Assembly: GCA_027315065.1 (NCBI GenBank)
Contig: DAHUYT010000004.1
Location: forward strand, 803-64,802
DNA: 64,000 nt
Reading direction: 5' to 3'
Origin: Nitrososphaerota archaeon
GTDB taxonomy: Archaea > Thermoproteota > Nitrososphaeria > Nitrososphaerales > Nitrosopumilaceae
This document shows positions 9,289 through 18,758 of this stretch, piece by piece. Below the pieces are notes generated by a model that saw nothing but the letters and a program-made list of their open reading frames with translations, made no database searches and was not told the origin of the DNA. A program made the position numbers and the translations under genes. The stretch's first letter is position 1. Every line of letters begins with the position of its first letter.

Positions 9289-10731
9289 CTAGTATCCTTT
9301 TGCAAATATGACATCTGTTTTGCTTGGTTTTTTACAAACTATGCATGGTGCATTTGATTTTTTTTCATCAAATGGTATGACGCGAATATCTGCTCCAGTG
9401 GACTCTTTGATCAATTCCTCGCATTTTTGATCTCCACACCATGGCGAATAGAGAAACATTCCATTCTCTATCTCTTTTTTGAACTGTCCCAAATCTGTGA
9501 TATTTTGAGTCCTTTCATTGAGGAACTTCCGTGCTTTCTCAAAGAGATTTTCCTGAATTTCATCTAGTATCTTAATAATTTCATCTTCTGCATTGTCAAA
9601 AGAAAGATCAGATTTCTTTAGACTGTCGCGTCGTGCTAGAACCATTTTGTTTTTTGGCAGATCCTTTGGGCCGATCTCAATTCTTAGAGGAACACCTTTC
9701 ATCTCCCAATCGTTGAATTTGTAGCCGGGAGTAAACTCATCTCTAGAATCCATGTGAGTTCTCAAACCTTTCTTCATTAGAATCTCCTTGAGTTCACTAG
9801 CTTTTTTCAAGATCATCTCTTTGTCAGGTTGAGATGAGTAGATGGGAACTATAACTACTTGGATAGGTGCTACGCGAGGCGGTAAGACTAGCCCTTTGTC
9901 ATCCCCATGAACCATTATCAAAGCACCGATGAGTCTCCAAGAAATGCCCCATGATGTCTGCCACGCGAAAGTTTCTATATTTTGTCTGTCCAGAAATTTT
10001 ACATCAAATGGCTTTGAAAAGTTCTGGCCTAGGAAATGTGAAGTACCCATTTGTAATGCTTTTCCATCTGGCATGATTGATTCCATGGTGGTTGTATAGA
10101 CAGCACCAACAAACTTCTCCTTCTCACTCTTTTTTCCTAATATGACTGGGATAGCCAGTTCATCTTCTACCGTTCTTCTGTATATGTCAAGTATGATTGC
10201 CACCTCTTCCTCTGCCTCTTCTTTTGTAGCATGAACTGTGTGTCCTTCTTGCCATAGGAATTCAGATGTCCTCAGAAAAGGCTTTGTTGACTTGATCTCT
10301 GCTCTCAATGCGGAATTCCAAAAATTAATCTTAAGAGGCAGATCTCTCCAACTCTTTATCCATTTTGAATACATGGAATATGCAAGAGTCTCAGAGGTAG
10401 GCCTAAGTGCCAATCTGTCTCCGATCTCAGTATCCCCAGAATGTGTGACCCAAAAGACTTCAGGTGTAAAACCTGCAAAGTGTGTTGCCTCCTTGCTTAA
10501 TAGTGACTCCGGAATGAGTACTGGAAGAAATCCATTTTCATGACCAGTTACCTTTAGTTTTTGATCAACTGATGATTTGAGATACTCCCATATTGAATAA
10601 CCATATGGTCTTAGTACTATCAATCCCTTAACTGGAGCATAGTCTGTAAGTTGTGCTTTTATCACTACCTGTGTATACCATTCGCTAAAATCTTCATTCT
10701 TTTTTACCGTGATTCCAATCTCTTTACTCAA
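9289..10731 (-). CDS. proS: Proline--tRNA ligase (archaeal/eukaryal type)
   Basis: FSEWYTQV, RPTSET, FLRTSEFLWQEGHT, QMGTSH, C-terminal Cys-rich domain. Confidence 0.96.
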   Translation of the reverse strand: MSKEIGITVKKNEDFSEWYTQVVIKAQLTDYAPVKGLIVLRPYGYSIWEYLKSSVDQKLKVTGHENGFLPVLIPESLLSKEATHFAGFTPEVFWVTHSGDTEIGDRLALRPTSETLAYSMYSKWIKSWRDLPLKINFWNSALRAEIKSTKPFLRTSEFLWQEGHTVHATKEEAEEEVAIILDIYRRTVEDELAIPVILGKKSEKEKFVGAVYTTTMESIMPDGKALQMGTSHFLGQNFSKPFDVKFLDRQNIETFAWQTSWGISWRLIGALIMVHGDDKGLVLPPRVAPIQVVIVPIYSSQPDKEMILKKASELKEILMKKGLRTHMDSRDEFTPGYKFNDWEMKGVPLRIEIGPKDLPKNKMVLARRDSLKKSDLSFDNAEDEIIKILDEIQENLFEKARKFLNERTQNITDLGQFKKEIENGMFLYSPWCGDQKCEELIKESTGADIRVIPFDEKKSNAPCIVCKKPSKTDVIFAKGY

Positions 10732-10773
10732 TTTACATCATCATCGTAGTTGTTCTAATGAGCCTTTGTTCTT

Positions 10774-11067
10774 CTACAAAGGGTCGCCTTTGCAAAGGAC
10801 TTTGCCAGTTATTCGGCTCTGAAAATTAGGGCATACAAAACATTGGATAAACGGTATCTCTTTTTTAAAAACAGGACAGTCTACAGCTTCCTCTTTCATT
10901 TTTTTCAGCATTTTAGGGCTGACTCCCTTCAACTTTAATTTTCCTTTATCATCCATCATTCCTGATGCTTTCAACTCTTCTTTTGTTTTGTCTGATAACT
11001 TGTTTGATGTTGAAGATGCCTTGATTGTAACTTCGTATTTATGTGGAAGCTCACCCATGATATTCAT
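10774..11067 (-). CDS. Small Cys-rich hypothetical protein
   Basis: Lys-rich ORF ending in CPV...QCFVCPNF...LC. Confidence 0.65.
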   Translation of the reverse strand: MNIMGELPHKYEVTIKASSTSNKLSDKTKEELKASGMMDDKGKLKLKGVSPKMLKKMKEEAVDCPVFKKEIPFIQCFVCPNFQSRITGKVLCKGDPL

Positions 11068-11159
11068 CTTTGGATATCTTGAATATATTGCTAGTGGTAG
11101 GAAAATACGGTCTCGCTTAAGATTAATATAATCTCCATCATTTCACAAAGCAGAAACTG

Positions 11160-11810
11160 ATGTTAGCAATTTTCGATGTTGAGGGCGTATTACTTGATGC
11201 GGAATTCCTTCCAATTTTGGCAGAAAAAATCAACAAACAAGATGAGATCTGGGAAATTACAAGAAAAGGAATCGAAGGAATAATCAACTGGGAAGAAGGA
11301 TTAAAGAAAAGAATAGATCTTCTCAAAGGAATAAACTACGAAACTTGTACAGAGGTTGCCAATTCGCTTAGGATTATGACAGGTGCAAGAGAGGCATGTT
11401 ATGCTCTCAAGGCAGCCGGCTGGAAATTGATGGCAGTGTCTGGAGGATTCACTATAATGACTGATAGGTTACGAGAAGAACTGGGACTGGATTATGTCTT
11501 CTCAAACGATCTAATTTTCAAAAACGGTAAACTTGATGGCGTGGTAATAAATGTGGATTCTGATAAAGCTAGATCAGCTATATTAAAGATACGGGAATGG
11601 AAAGAAAAAAAGGAGGACATAGTAGTTGTTGTTGACGGTGCAAATGACGTGAAGTTGTTTGATATATGTGGGCTAGGTGTGGCGTTTAGAGCACAAGATG
11701 TTGTAAAAGACTTAGCCACTGTAACCTTGGAAGAGAAAGATCTCTCAAAACTAATCGATATAATCAATACCCATTATGGGCTAAAGATACAGTTGCAAAC
11801 TGTGGCCTGA
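11160..11810 (+). CDS. serB: Phosphoserine phosphatase (HAD)
   Basis: FDVEGVL HAD motif I, VSGGF, DGAND. Confidence 0.85.
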   Translation: MLAIFDVEGVLLDAEFLPILAEKINKQDEIWEITRKGIEGIINWEEGLKKRIDLLKGINYETCTEVANSLRIMTGAREACYALKAAGWKLMAVSGGFTIMTDRLREELGLDYVFSNDLIFKNGKLDGVVINVDSDKARSAILKIREWKEKKEDIVVVVDGANDVKLFDICGLGVAFRAQDVVKDLATVTLEEKDLSKLIDIINTHYGLKIQLQTVA

Positions 11811-11851
11811 ACAGAATATGATTTTAAGCAGTAGAGCAGAAGGTTACTAGG

Positions 11852-12592
11852 ATGGCATTAGAGATTATTCCAGTGCATCTTGAAAATGAAATCAAATCAG
11901 GTGATGATCTGATTGAGTTGATGATTATGTCAAAATCTGGCCCGAGTATACACGATGGAGACATTCTTGTTTTTACGCAAAAAATTATCTCAAAACAAGA
12001 AGGACGAGTTGTGAATCTTTCAAATATTAAACCTACCCTTCTTGCCATTGGTATATCTAGTGAGTACAGAAAAGATCCGCGAATTATGCAATTGATACTT
12101 GATCAATCAAAACGCATAATCAGAATGCATGATGGTATAATAATTTCAGAAACAATTCACGGTTTTATCTGCGCAAATGCAGGTGTGGATGAAAGTAATG
12201 TGGAAGAGGGTTATGCGGTTTTATTGCCAAATGATGCTGATGCGTCAGCTGAGGCATTATGTAGGCAAGTAAAAGAAAAGACTGGAAAAAACACAGCTGT
12301 TGTTATATCCGATACGTTTGGACGCCCATTTAGGCAAGGCCAAACTAATGTAGCCGTGGGGATTTCTGGAATTGTAGCCGTATTGGATTATGCTGGAAAA
12401 AAAGATGTCTTTGGAAGGACTCTTCGCGTGACTTCTATTGCTGTAGTAGATGAAATATGCTCAGCCGCTGAACTTGTTATGGGTAAATCATTTCACGTGC
12501 CTATATCTATAGTGAGAAATTATCATTTTAATAATGCCAAAAACACCATGAATGATCTTATTAGACCGCATTCTGAAGACCTATTTAGGTAA
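11852..12592 (+). CDS. cofE: Coenzyme F420-0:L-glutamate ligase
   Basis: KIISKQEGR, ANAGVDESN, SDTFGRPFR.G. Confidence 0.92.
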   Translation: MALEIIPVHLENEIKSGDDLIELMIMSKSGPSIHDGDILVFTQKIISKQEGRVVNLSNIKPTLLAIGISSEYRKDPRIMQLILDQSKRIIRMHDGIIISETIHGFICANAGVDESNVEEGYAVLLPNDADASAEALCRQVKEKTGKNTAVVISDTFGRPFRQGQTNVAVGISGIVAVLDYAGKKDVFGRTLRVTSIAVVDEICSAAELVMGKSFHVPISIVRNYHFNNAKNTMNDLIRPHSEDLFR

Positions 12593-12647
12593 GCAAAAAT
12601 TTTTGAAAACAAAGATTATATTCATAGATTGAGAGAAGCGATAAACA

Positions 12648-13568
12648 TTGGATGATCTACGGGCCGAACTACACTGTCACAATGAGTTTTCAAATTTTCA
12701 ACTCGGTTTAAAAGAAACACCATATGATTGTGGTATAACAGTACAAGAACAATTGGAACAAGCATACAAAGCAGGGCTAGATGTGCTCTTTATTACGAAT
12801 CATAATACATTAGATGGATACAACCAGCTTTTAGATTACAAAGAAAACCATGAAAAATTCAAAAACATCCAAGTCTATCCCGGCGAAGAAATTACAACCG
12901 ATCAAGGAATACACGTGTTAACATATGGATTAACCAAGACGATAAGGCCAGGTCAAAGTTTTGAGGAAATACTTGATGTAATAAAATCCCAAGACGCTGT
13001 TTCTTGTGCACCTCATCCTTTTGCACTAAATAATGGGCTTCGAGAAAAGTCTATTCACTGTGATCTGATTGAAGTATTTAATAGCAATAATGTTGATAGA
13101 TACTCAAACCTAAGAGCTTCCTATTTTGCAAAAGCAAACAATATGATAGAAGTAGCAGGAAGTGATTCTCATGTTGTTTCCACACTAGGTAGATGTGTTG
13201 ATGTTATTCAGGCTGAAAATACCCTTGATAATGTGTTACGAGAAATGAGAAAAGGGAAAATTACGATTGGCAATACTGGTTATATCACTAGCAAAGAAAT
13301 GATAGAGCACGCAAAATACAAAATTGCTAACTCAAAAGATGATATCATGATGTATTTCCAAGAAAACCACCCTCATCTAACTGGTGTTTGTAGTTTTCTA
13401 ATCGATGTGTTTGAATCAAACCCTGACAGTATGGTTTGGAGAGCGGTATATCAAATAGCAGTGCGCCTTACTACAAAGTTATCGAACAAAATTAATTTCA
13501 AAAATCAAGATTATAACATATTATATGAGCGTAATCTCAGAGCAATATTGCCAATGATTCTGACTTGA
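12648..13568 (+). CDS. PHP-domain metallophosphoesterase-like protein
   Basis: ELHCH, ITNHN, GEEI, HPF, GSDSH metal ligands. Confidence 0.82.
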   Translation: MDDLRAELHCHNEFSNFQLGLKETPYDCGITVQEQLEQAYKAGLDVLFITNHNTLDGYNQLLDYKENHEKFKNIQVYPGEEITTDQGIHVLTYGLTKTIRPGQSFEEILDVIKSQDAVSCAPHPFALNNGLREKSIHCDLIEVFNSNNVDRYSNLRASYFAKANNMIEVAGSDSHVVSTLGRCVDVIQAENTLDNVLREMRKGKITIGNTGYITSKEMIEHAKYKIANSKDDIMMYFQENHPHLTGVCSFLIDVFESNPDSMVWRAVYQIAVRLTTKLSNKINFKNQDYNILYERNLRAILPMILT

Positions 13569-13638
13569 GTAATTTTTCTTGCATACATGAATAGCTTTTA
13601 ATATTACTCTACTAGCTTTTTGTTTACAGGCGATACAT

Positions 13639-13878
13639 ATTTCAGAATTATCTCCAACCAAGACAATCGATGTTCGAGGAATGTTCTGTCCGGAACCTGT
13701 CTTTAGAACAAAGATCGAGATGGAAAAAATGACCGTAGGAAATATCCTAAAAATCATTGCAGATGATCCTGCATCTGAGGAAGACATCTCTAGGTGGGTA
13801 AACAGAAATGGACATCAATTGCTTGGCATCAACAAATCTGGTAAAGACCTTGAATTTACAATTAAGAAGGCGAAGTAG
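13639..13878 (+). CDS. tusA: TusA/SirA-family sulfurtransferase
   Basis: IDVRGMFCPEP and DDP..EEDI motifs. The IDVRG part lies upstream of the first ATG (13681), so the start is placed tentatively at ATT 13639. Confidence 0.82.
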   Translation: MSELSPTKTIDVRGMFCPEPVFRTKIEMEKMTVGNILKIIADDPASEEDISRWVNRNGHQLLGINKSGKDLEFTIKKAK

Positions 13879-13881
13879 GTT

Positions 13882-14883
13882 TTGGCTACCAAGGCAATAA
13901 ATGATGCAGAGGAGGTTTTGAAAAAAATTGGTAATACGCCTATTGTGAAACTAAACTCCATTTCAAACAGTCAGGTAGAGTTTTACGCGAAATTAGAATC
14001 TCATAATCCATTTGGTTCTGTAAAAGACAGAGCGGCGTTTTGGATGGTGAAAATGGCAGAAGAAAAGGGTCTCATAAAAAGGGGATCTAGTGTGATAATT
14101 GAACCGACATCGGGAAATACTGGAATTGCACTTGCAGGAATCGCAAAACTTCTTGGATATAAAGTAGAAATCGTAATACCTGAAAAGGCAAGCGATGAAA
14201 CGAAGAAGATAATCGAATCTTTGGGAGCTATCATATATCAAACAAGCGATGATCTGTGCCCAAAAGTTGGGGCTGGCACAGATCAGAGTATCGCGCTGGC
14301 AAAATCTATCGCATCATCACGACCTGACAAATACTATTTTCCTAATCAGTATTCCAATGAAGCAAATTTCATGGGTCATTACAAGGGCACAGGTCCTGAG
14401 ATTTGGGCTCAGACAAAAGGAAAGATAACTCATTTCTTTTCAGGCGTTGGAACTGGTGGAACTATAACTGGAATAGGTGCGTATTTGAAAGAGAAAGATC
14501 AGAACATAAAAATTATCGCAGTACAACCACAACAAAATCACTTGATTCAAGGTCTAAGAAATTTTGAGGAATCTGCAAAACCTGATCTCTTTTTAAAACG
14601 TGAGCAGGCAGTTGATGATTGGATTACAATTACAAATGATGAAGCATTTGTTGCAGTAAAAGAGATATTTGAAAAGGAAAGAATGCTAGTTAGTCCATCC
14701 TCTGCTACGGTATATGCTGCAATGAAAAAATATGGTATTGAAAAGGGACATGTGGTTGGAATATTTGCTGATGATGGTAGAAAGTTCAAGAGTCTTTATA
14801 TTCAGCAAAAAATATTTACTGACCAAGAATTCGATAAGGCATTACAAGAGGCAAAATACCTTTCACCCACTCAGTTTTCCTAA
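13882..14883 (+). CDS. cysM: PLP-dependent cysteine synthase family protein (CysK/CysM/OPSS)
   Basis: IGNTP, NPFGSVKDR (PLP Lys), EPTSGNTG, GVGTGGT. Confidence 0.85.
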   Translation: MATKAINDAEEVLKKIGNTPIVKLNSISNSQVEFYAKLESHNPFGSVKDRAAFWMVKMAEEKGLIKRGSSVIIEPTSGNTGIALAGIAKLLGYKVEIVIPEKASDETKKIIESLGAIIYQTSDDLCPKVGAGTDQSIALAKSIASSRPDKYYFPNQYSNEANFMGHYKGTGPEIWAQTKGKITHFFSGVGTGGTITGIGAYLKEKDQNIKIIAVQPQQNHLIQGLRNFEESAKPDLFLKREQAVDDWITITNDEAFVAVKEIFEKERMLVSPSSATVYAAMKKYGIEKGHVVGIFADDGRKFKSLYIQQKIFTDQEFDKALQEAKYLSPTQFS

Positions 14884-15852
14884 CTACTTTCTTCTGTTTT
14901 CTGACAAATACTTATCAACATCTATTGCAGCCATGCAGCCAAATCCTGCCGCAGTAATTGCCTGTCTATATCTGTGATCATGTACATCGCCAGCAGCAAA
15001 GATTCCCTCTATGCTGGTGTATGTGTGGTTTTTGAGTACTATGTAGTCCTGCTCGTCTAACTCTATTTGACCTTTGAACAGGTTGGTATTTGGTTCATGA
15101 CCTATTGCAACGAATAAACCGCCGACATCCATTATATTTTGCTGGTTTGTTGTTACATTCCTTATCATAATTTGGTTTACTTTTTGGCTTCCTTTGATTT
15201 CATCTATTACAGAATTCCAATGGAATTTGATCTTGTTATTTTCAAATGCTCTATCCTGCATTATTTTACTTGCCCTAAGCGTATCTTTTCTATGTATGAT
15301 GTGAACATTTTTGGCAAATTTAGTAAGGAATATGGCTTCTTCTATGGCAGAATCTCCGCCGCCTACCACCACTATTTCCTGATTCTTGAAAAACGGACCG
15401 TCACAAGTAGCACAATATGATACTCCCTTGGCACTAAATTCTTGCTCTCCTTTTGCGCCTAGTTTTCTAGGGCTTGCGCCAGTTGCAATTATGACGGCAT
15501 CTGCCTCATATTCCTCTGCATATGTTAATACCTTGAATGGCTTTCTTCTAAAATCTACATTTACTACCTCATCATCAATTATTGTAGCACCCATCCTCTC
15601 AGTCTGTTTTCTCATTATAGTCATCAACTCCGGACCTAGAATACCATCTGAAAAACCCGGATAATTTTCAACTTCTGTAGTAAGCATTAATTGTCCCCCC
15701 GGTAACATTCCTGAGATCACTAGGGTATCACGTTTGGCTCTTGCTGTGTAAATGGCCGCAGTATATCCAGAAGGACCTGCTCCAATTATTATCACATCAA
15801 ATTTTTTCTTTGTTTCTGGTTTGTTACTCTCTGCTCTAATTTCTGCCTGCAC
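14884..15852 (-). CDS. trxB: Thioredoxin-disulfide reductase
   Basis: GAGPSG, CATC redox motif, GGGDSA, FAAGD. Confidence 0.95.
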   Translation of the reverse strand: MQAEIRAESNKPETKKKFDVIIIGAGPSGYTAAIYTARAKRDTLVISGMLPGGQLMLTTEVENYPGFSDGILGPELMTIMRKQTERMGATIIDDEVVNVDFRRKPFKVLTYAEEYEADAVIIATGASPRKLGAKGEQEFSAKGVSYCATCDGPFFKNQEIVVVGGGDSAIEEAIFLTKFAKNVHIIHRKDTLRASKIMQDRAFENNKIKFHWNSVIDEIKGSQKVNQIMIRNVTTNQQNIMDVGGLFVAIGHEPNTNLFKGQIELDEQDYIVLKNHTYTSIEGIFAAGDVHDHRYRQAITAAGFGCMAAIDVDKYLSENRRK

Positions 15853-15897
15853 AAATAAAATTCATTTATAATTCATATTTAAATTATGCACTGGTTT

Positions 15898-16671
15898 TTA
15901 GAGATTATCAAGTATGTTTTGATGCTGATCACATAACTTTCCAATTTCTATTTGTGCATACAAAAGATCTTCTTGCCAGTGTGCATTGTACAACATACAT
16001 TTCCTTGACTCGCAAAAAGGAGACCCTGTAAGATAGTAGAACATGGCTTGTAACGCATATCCTCTAGTAACCAAACTTATCCTCTCGTCATAATATTCTA
16101 GAAATCTTCCCTTGAATTCTTGTTTAATTGTATCTAGATTCAGGCCATGTAAAATTTTTTTGTATATCTGTAGATAATAATCACGAGGTTTTGCTGGTGC
16201 TTCAATCATACCTGTAGTGGAAATGATGGCTGGGTTAGAACATATGACGACTCTACCATGATATCTATAATCGTTATAATCATAACTACAAGTCAATCTT
16301 GTTGTAAATATGAGATGGAATTTATCTACTGATGATTCTGAATCTGGTATGATGTCTCTGAAAATATTTTGAATCTCAAAACCATCGTACAAAATAATAT
16401 TGTCTGATGCTGAGTCTGTTGTTTCTGATTGTTCTTCGAATGTTGTTTCTTCAACTGTAGGTTTATGCCTCTCAAAAGGTATGTAAGGGTTAAAAATTCT
16501 ACATGAGGCTAACTGTTGAAATGTTTTTTCTTTTGCATGAAAATGCCGGAGGAATTCTTGTCGTACTTCTGTATTTATTCCAGTCTGTTTTTGTATGAAT
16601 TCTGCAAGGTCGTTGATCTTAATCTCAGGCACAGACGGTGCATCATACAAAAATAGTTTAGATATACTCAA
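15898..16671 (-). CDS. Hypothetical protein, archaemetzincin-like/DUF6775-like
   Basis: FC..RKCMLYNAHWQE Cys pattern resembles the archaemetzincin C-terminus; no HExxH motif. Confidence 0.6.
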   Translation of the reverse strand: MSISKLFLYDAPSVPEIKINDLAEFIQKQTGINTEVRQEFLRHFHAKEKTFQQLASCRIFNPYIPFERHKPTVEETTFEEQSETTDSASDNIILYDGFEIQNIFRDIIPDSESSVDKFHLIFTTRLTCSYDYNDYRYHGRVVICSNPAIISTTGMIEAPAKPRDYYLQIYKKILHGLNLDTIKQEFKGRFLEYYDERISLVTRGYALQAMFYYLTGSPFCESRKCMLYNAHWQEDLLYAQIEIGKLCDQHQNILDNL

Positions 16672-16694
16672 TAACGTATCTGGTCCGAATTGAT

Positions 16695-17513
16695 TTATCT
16701 TCTTAACTCTTTTATTTTAGATGCTGTGATCTCAGCTGCTTTCTTGCCTGATAACAACATTGAACCATATGTTGGACCCATTCTTGCTATGCCATATGTC
16801 TCTGTTACGGACATGCCTGTAGCCACAAGCCCAGGATAGACTTCACCTGTATGGTATACTACTTTGTCCTCCCCATCATCTACCCACATTGGATCCATGC
16901 CTTTCCAATCGATAAGCTTCCTGTCCACCAGTCTCTTTATGGCTACTGAATCATGACCTGATGCATCTATGACCATCTTGGATTCTAAAGCAACTGGGTC
17001 AACACAAGTTATATTTCTTGGAAGAGCTGATACTGGCATCCAATTCACTACGATACCACCTACTCTTCCATTCTTTAATATCAAATCATCAAATTTTGTC
17101 AGATTCAAGAATTTTACCCCAGCATCACAAGACGCAGCTATTAATTTCGAAACTGCATGTGGTCCCGGTGTAAGATAAAGCCCATCTCTTACCTTCTTAT
17201 AGGGAATTCCTAATTCATCCCAAATCTTTTGTGCCGGAGATCTTACTGTTACTGGATTCATCATGTATCCTCCCAGCCAATATCCGCCCCCAAGGTAATT
17301 GTTTTGTTCTATGACTAAAATTCTGAATCCCATCAACGCGAGTTCTCTGCTTGCGGTCAAACCTGCCGGGCCTGCACCTATGATTATTACATCAGAGTCT
17401 GCTCTGTCTATGAGTACTGAATGAAATTCATCGGCAATTGCTCGCGTGATCTCTTTCTCATCAACATCTGCAAATATTTTAGGCACTTCTTCTTTCTGGT
17501 TGGCCTTTTGCAT
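16695..17513 (-). CDS. thi4: Thiazole synthase Thi4 (Cys-containing type)
   Basis: GAGPAGL, GGGYWLGG, CVDP, DASGHD, RMGPTYGSMLLSG. Confidence 0.92.
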   Translation of the reverse strand: MQKANQKEEVPKIFADVDEKEITRAIADEFHSVLIDRADSDVIIIGAGPAGLTASRELALMGFRILVIEQNNYLGGGYWLGGYMMNPVTVRSPAQKIWDELGIPYKKVRDGLYLTPGPHAVSKLIAASCDAGVKFLNLTKFDDLILKNGRVGGIVVNWMPVSALPRNITCVDPVALESKMVIDASGHDSVAIKRLVDRKLIDWKGMDPMWVDDGEDKVVYHTGEVYPGLVATGMSVTETYGIARMGPTYGSMLLSGKKAAEITASKIKELRR

Positions 17514-17549
17514 GAAAAATATCCTTAGGACAGCACATTAATAGTTTGC

Positions 17550-18569
17550 TCAGTTTAAAAACGCGTCTTCAAATGATTTGACACATTCTCTTATGTGTGT
17601 CTTTTTTGTTGGATTCTTAAACGCATAAGTCGAAATAATATCTATTTTTGTAAGATCCTTTCTAGTTAATACGCCCTTTGCAGCTCTGAGTGCGTCTAAT
17701 ATCACATTGCATCCATTTGTACTATCGTTTGTTCTAAGTGACAGATCTATTTCTATTGTTGAACCAAGAAATCCTTTGGCTTCCATCCAATAATAACTAA
17801 CTCTGGAATCCCCAAGCTGCTCTGCATATTCTGTAGTACCTGCAGTAGAACTGAAGGGATATGTTGTTTCAATTGCGATAGATTCTGTCTTACTATTTCT
17901 CTTTTTTTCTCTTATCTCCTCAGCCATTGTATTCATGGTATCTTGATTTCCTCCGACATCAAGTTGATATGCTTTCTGGATCTTGATACCTCGATTTGTC
18001 ATAAAGTCTATCATTCCGCGATGAAAGGCAGTACCACCAAATTGACTCATCAAATCATCTCCTAGAATCATTAATCCTTTTGTCTCAAATGCTTTTTTTG
18101 TCTTGTCGGTTACGGTTTTGGAAGACGTGGCATTAAAAAACGAACAGCCTGCATCCAATGCAGCATCCGAATATTTTTCCGATGTCTTATCCAGTCCAGA
18201 AGAAATAACATTAACGAGAAAATCCGGATTATCTGTCTTGAGGGATCTGACAAATTCATCATAACTTACAGATTTTATGTGTCCACTATGGGTAATATGG
18301 GAAGGTACTGGATCTGACATTATTCCGGATTGGATTATAATGTCTGAAAAACCTGTTTTATGATCTGTGATCAATTGACCGATTTTTTTTCCCACTTTGG
18401 AAGGATCTATGTCAAAAACTGCTGATACTGATATATCGTTAGGAGTTAATCCTGAAATCTTTGGGTGCCAAAGTCCCTCGGTTGAGTTCTTGTAGTGTTC
18501 CAAACCTTTTACAAGAGTTAATGCCACATTGCCGCTTCCAGCAATAGCAATCTTGATTTTATCCGGCAC
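17550..18569 (-). CDS. Divergent inositol-3-phosphate synthase (Ino1)-like protein
   Basis: AGSGNVA NAD motif, AVFDID, GDDLMSQ.GGT, YQLDVGGN, DS.N; usual catalytic lysines altered. Confidence 0.75.
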   Translation of the reverse strand: MPDKIKIAIAGSGNVALTLVKGLEHYKNSTEGLWHPKISGLTPNDISVSAVFDIDPSKVGKKIGQLITDHKTGFSDIIIQSGIMSDPVPSHITHSGHIKSVSYDEFVRSLKTDNPDFLVNVISSGLDKTSEKYSDAALDAGCSFFNATSSKTVTDKTKKAFETKGLMILGDDLMSQFGGTAFHRGMIDFMTNRGIKIQKAYQLDVGGNQDTMNTMAEEIREKKRNSKTESIAIETTYPFSSTAGTTEYAEQLGDSRVSYYWMEAKGFLGSTIEIDLSLRTNDSTNGCNVILDALRAAKGVLTRKDLTKIDIISTYAFKNPTKKTHIRECVKSFEDAFLN

Positions 18570-18591
18570 ACAATTTTTTCTTGCCGATCTT

Positions 18592-18607
18592 CATTTAACT
18601 CTTTTCT
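18592..18607 (-). promoter_or_regulatory. BRE-TATA of the Ino1-like gene (probably leaderless)
   Basis: Minus strand reads AGAAAAGAG-TTAAAT about 23 nt upstream of the GTG at 18569. Confidence 0.5.
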
Positions 18608-18726
18608 GATGTTATTAGTAGAAAAGAACTCTTTTCTTGATGAAATCAGCCTTTTGATGTGTATTCTAGGTGGAAAATCTTGCCAGTATCTCTTTGGCTA
18701 GTACATATCTGATGTCTAGTTTAAAA

Positions 18727-18734
18727 TTTATATG
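18727..18734 (+). promoter_or_regulatory. TATA box of the sulfite reductase-rhodanese unit (probably leaderless)
   Basis: TTTATATG about 25 nt before the TTG start at 18759. Confidence 0.5.
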
Positions 18735-18758
18735 CACTTCGAAAAGTAGCTACAATAA

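Noticed and set aside
17514-17549. TPP riboswitch upstream of thi4
   Set aside because: Only 36 bp of intergenic space and no aptamer consensus.
18638-18712. Possible C/D-box sRNA (TGATGA ... CTGA)
   Set aside because: About 75 nt is long for an archaeal C/D RNA, there is no convincing D'/C' pair, and the region is a divergent promoter.
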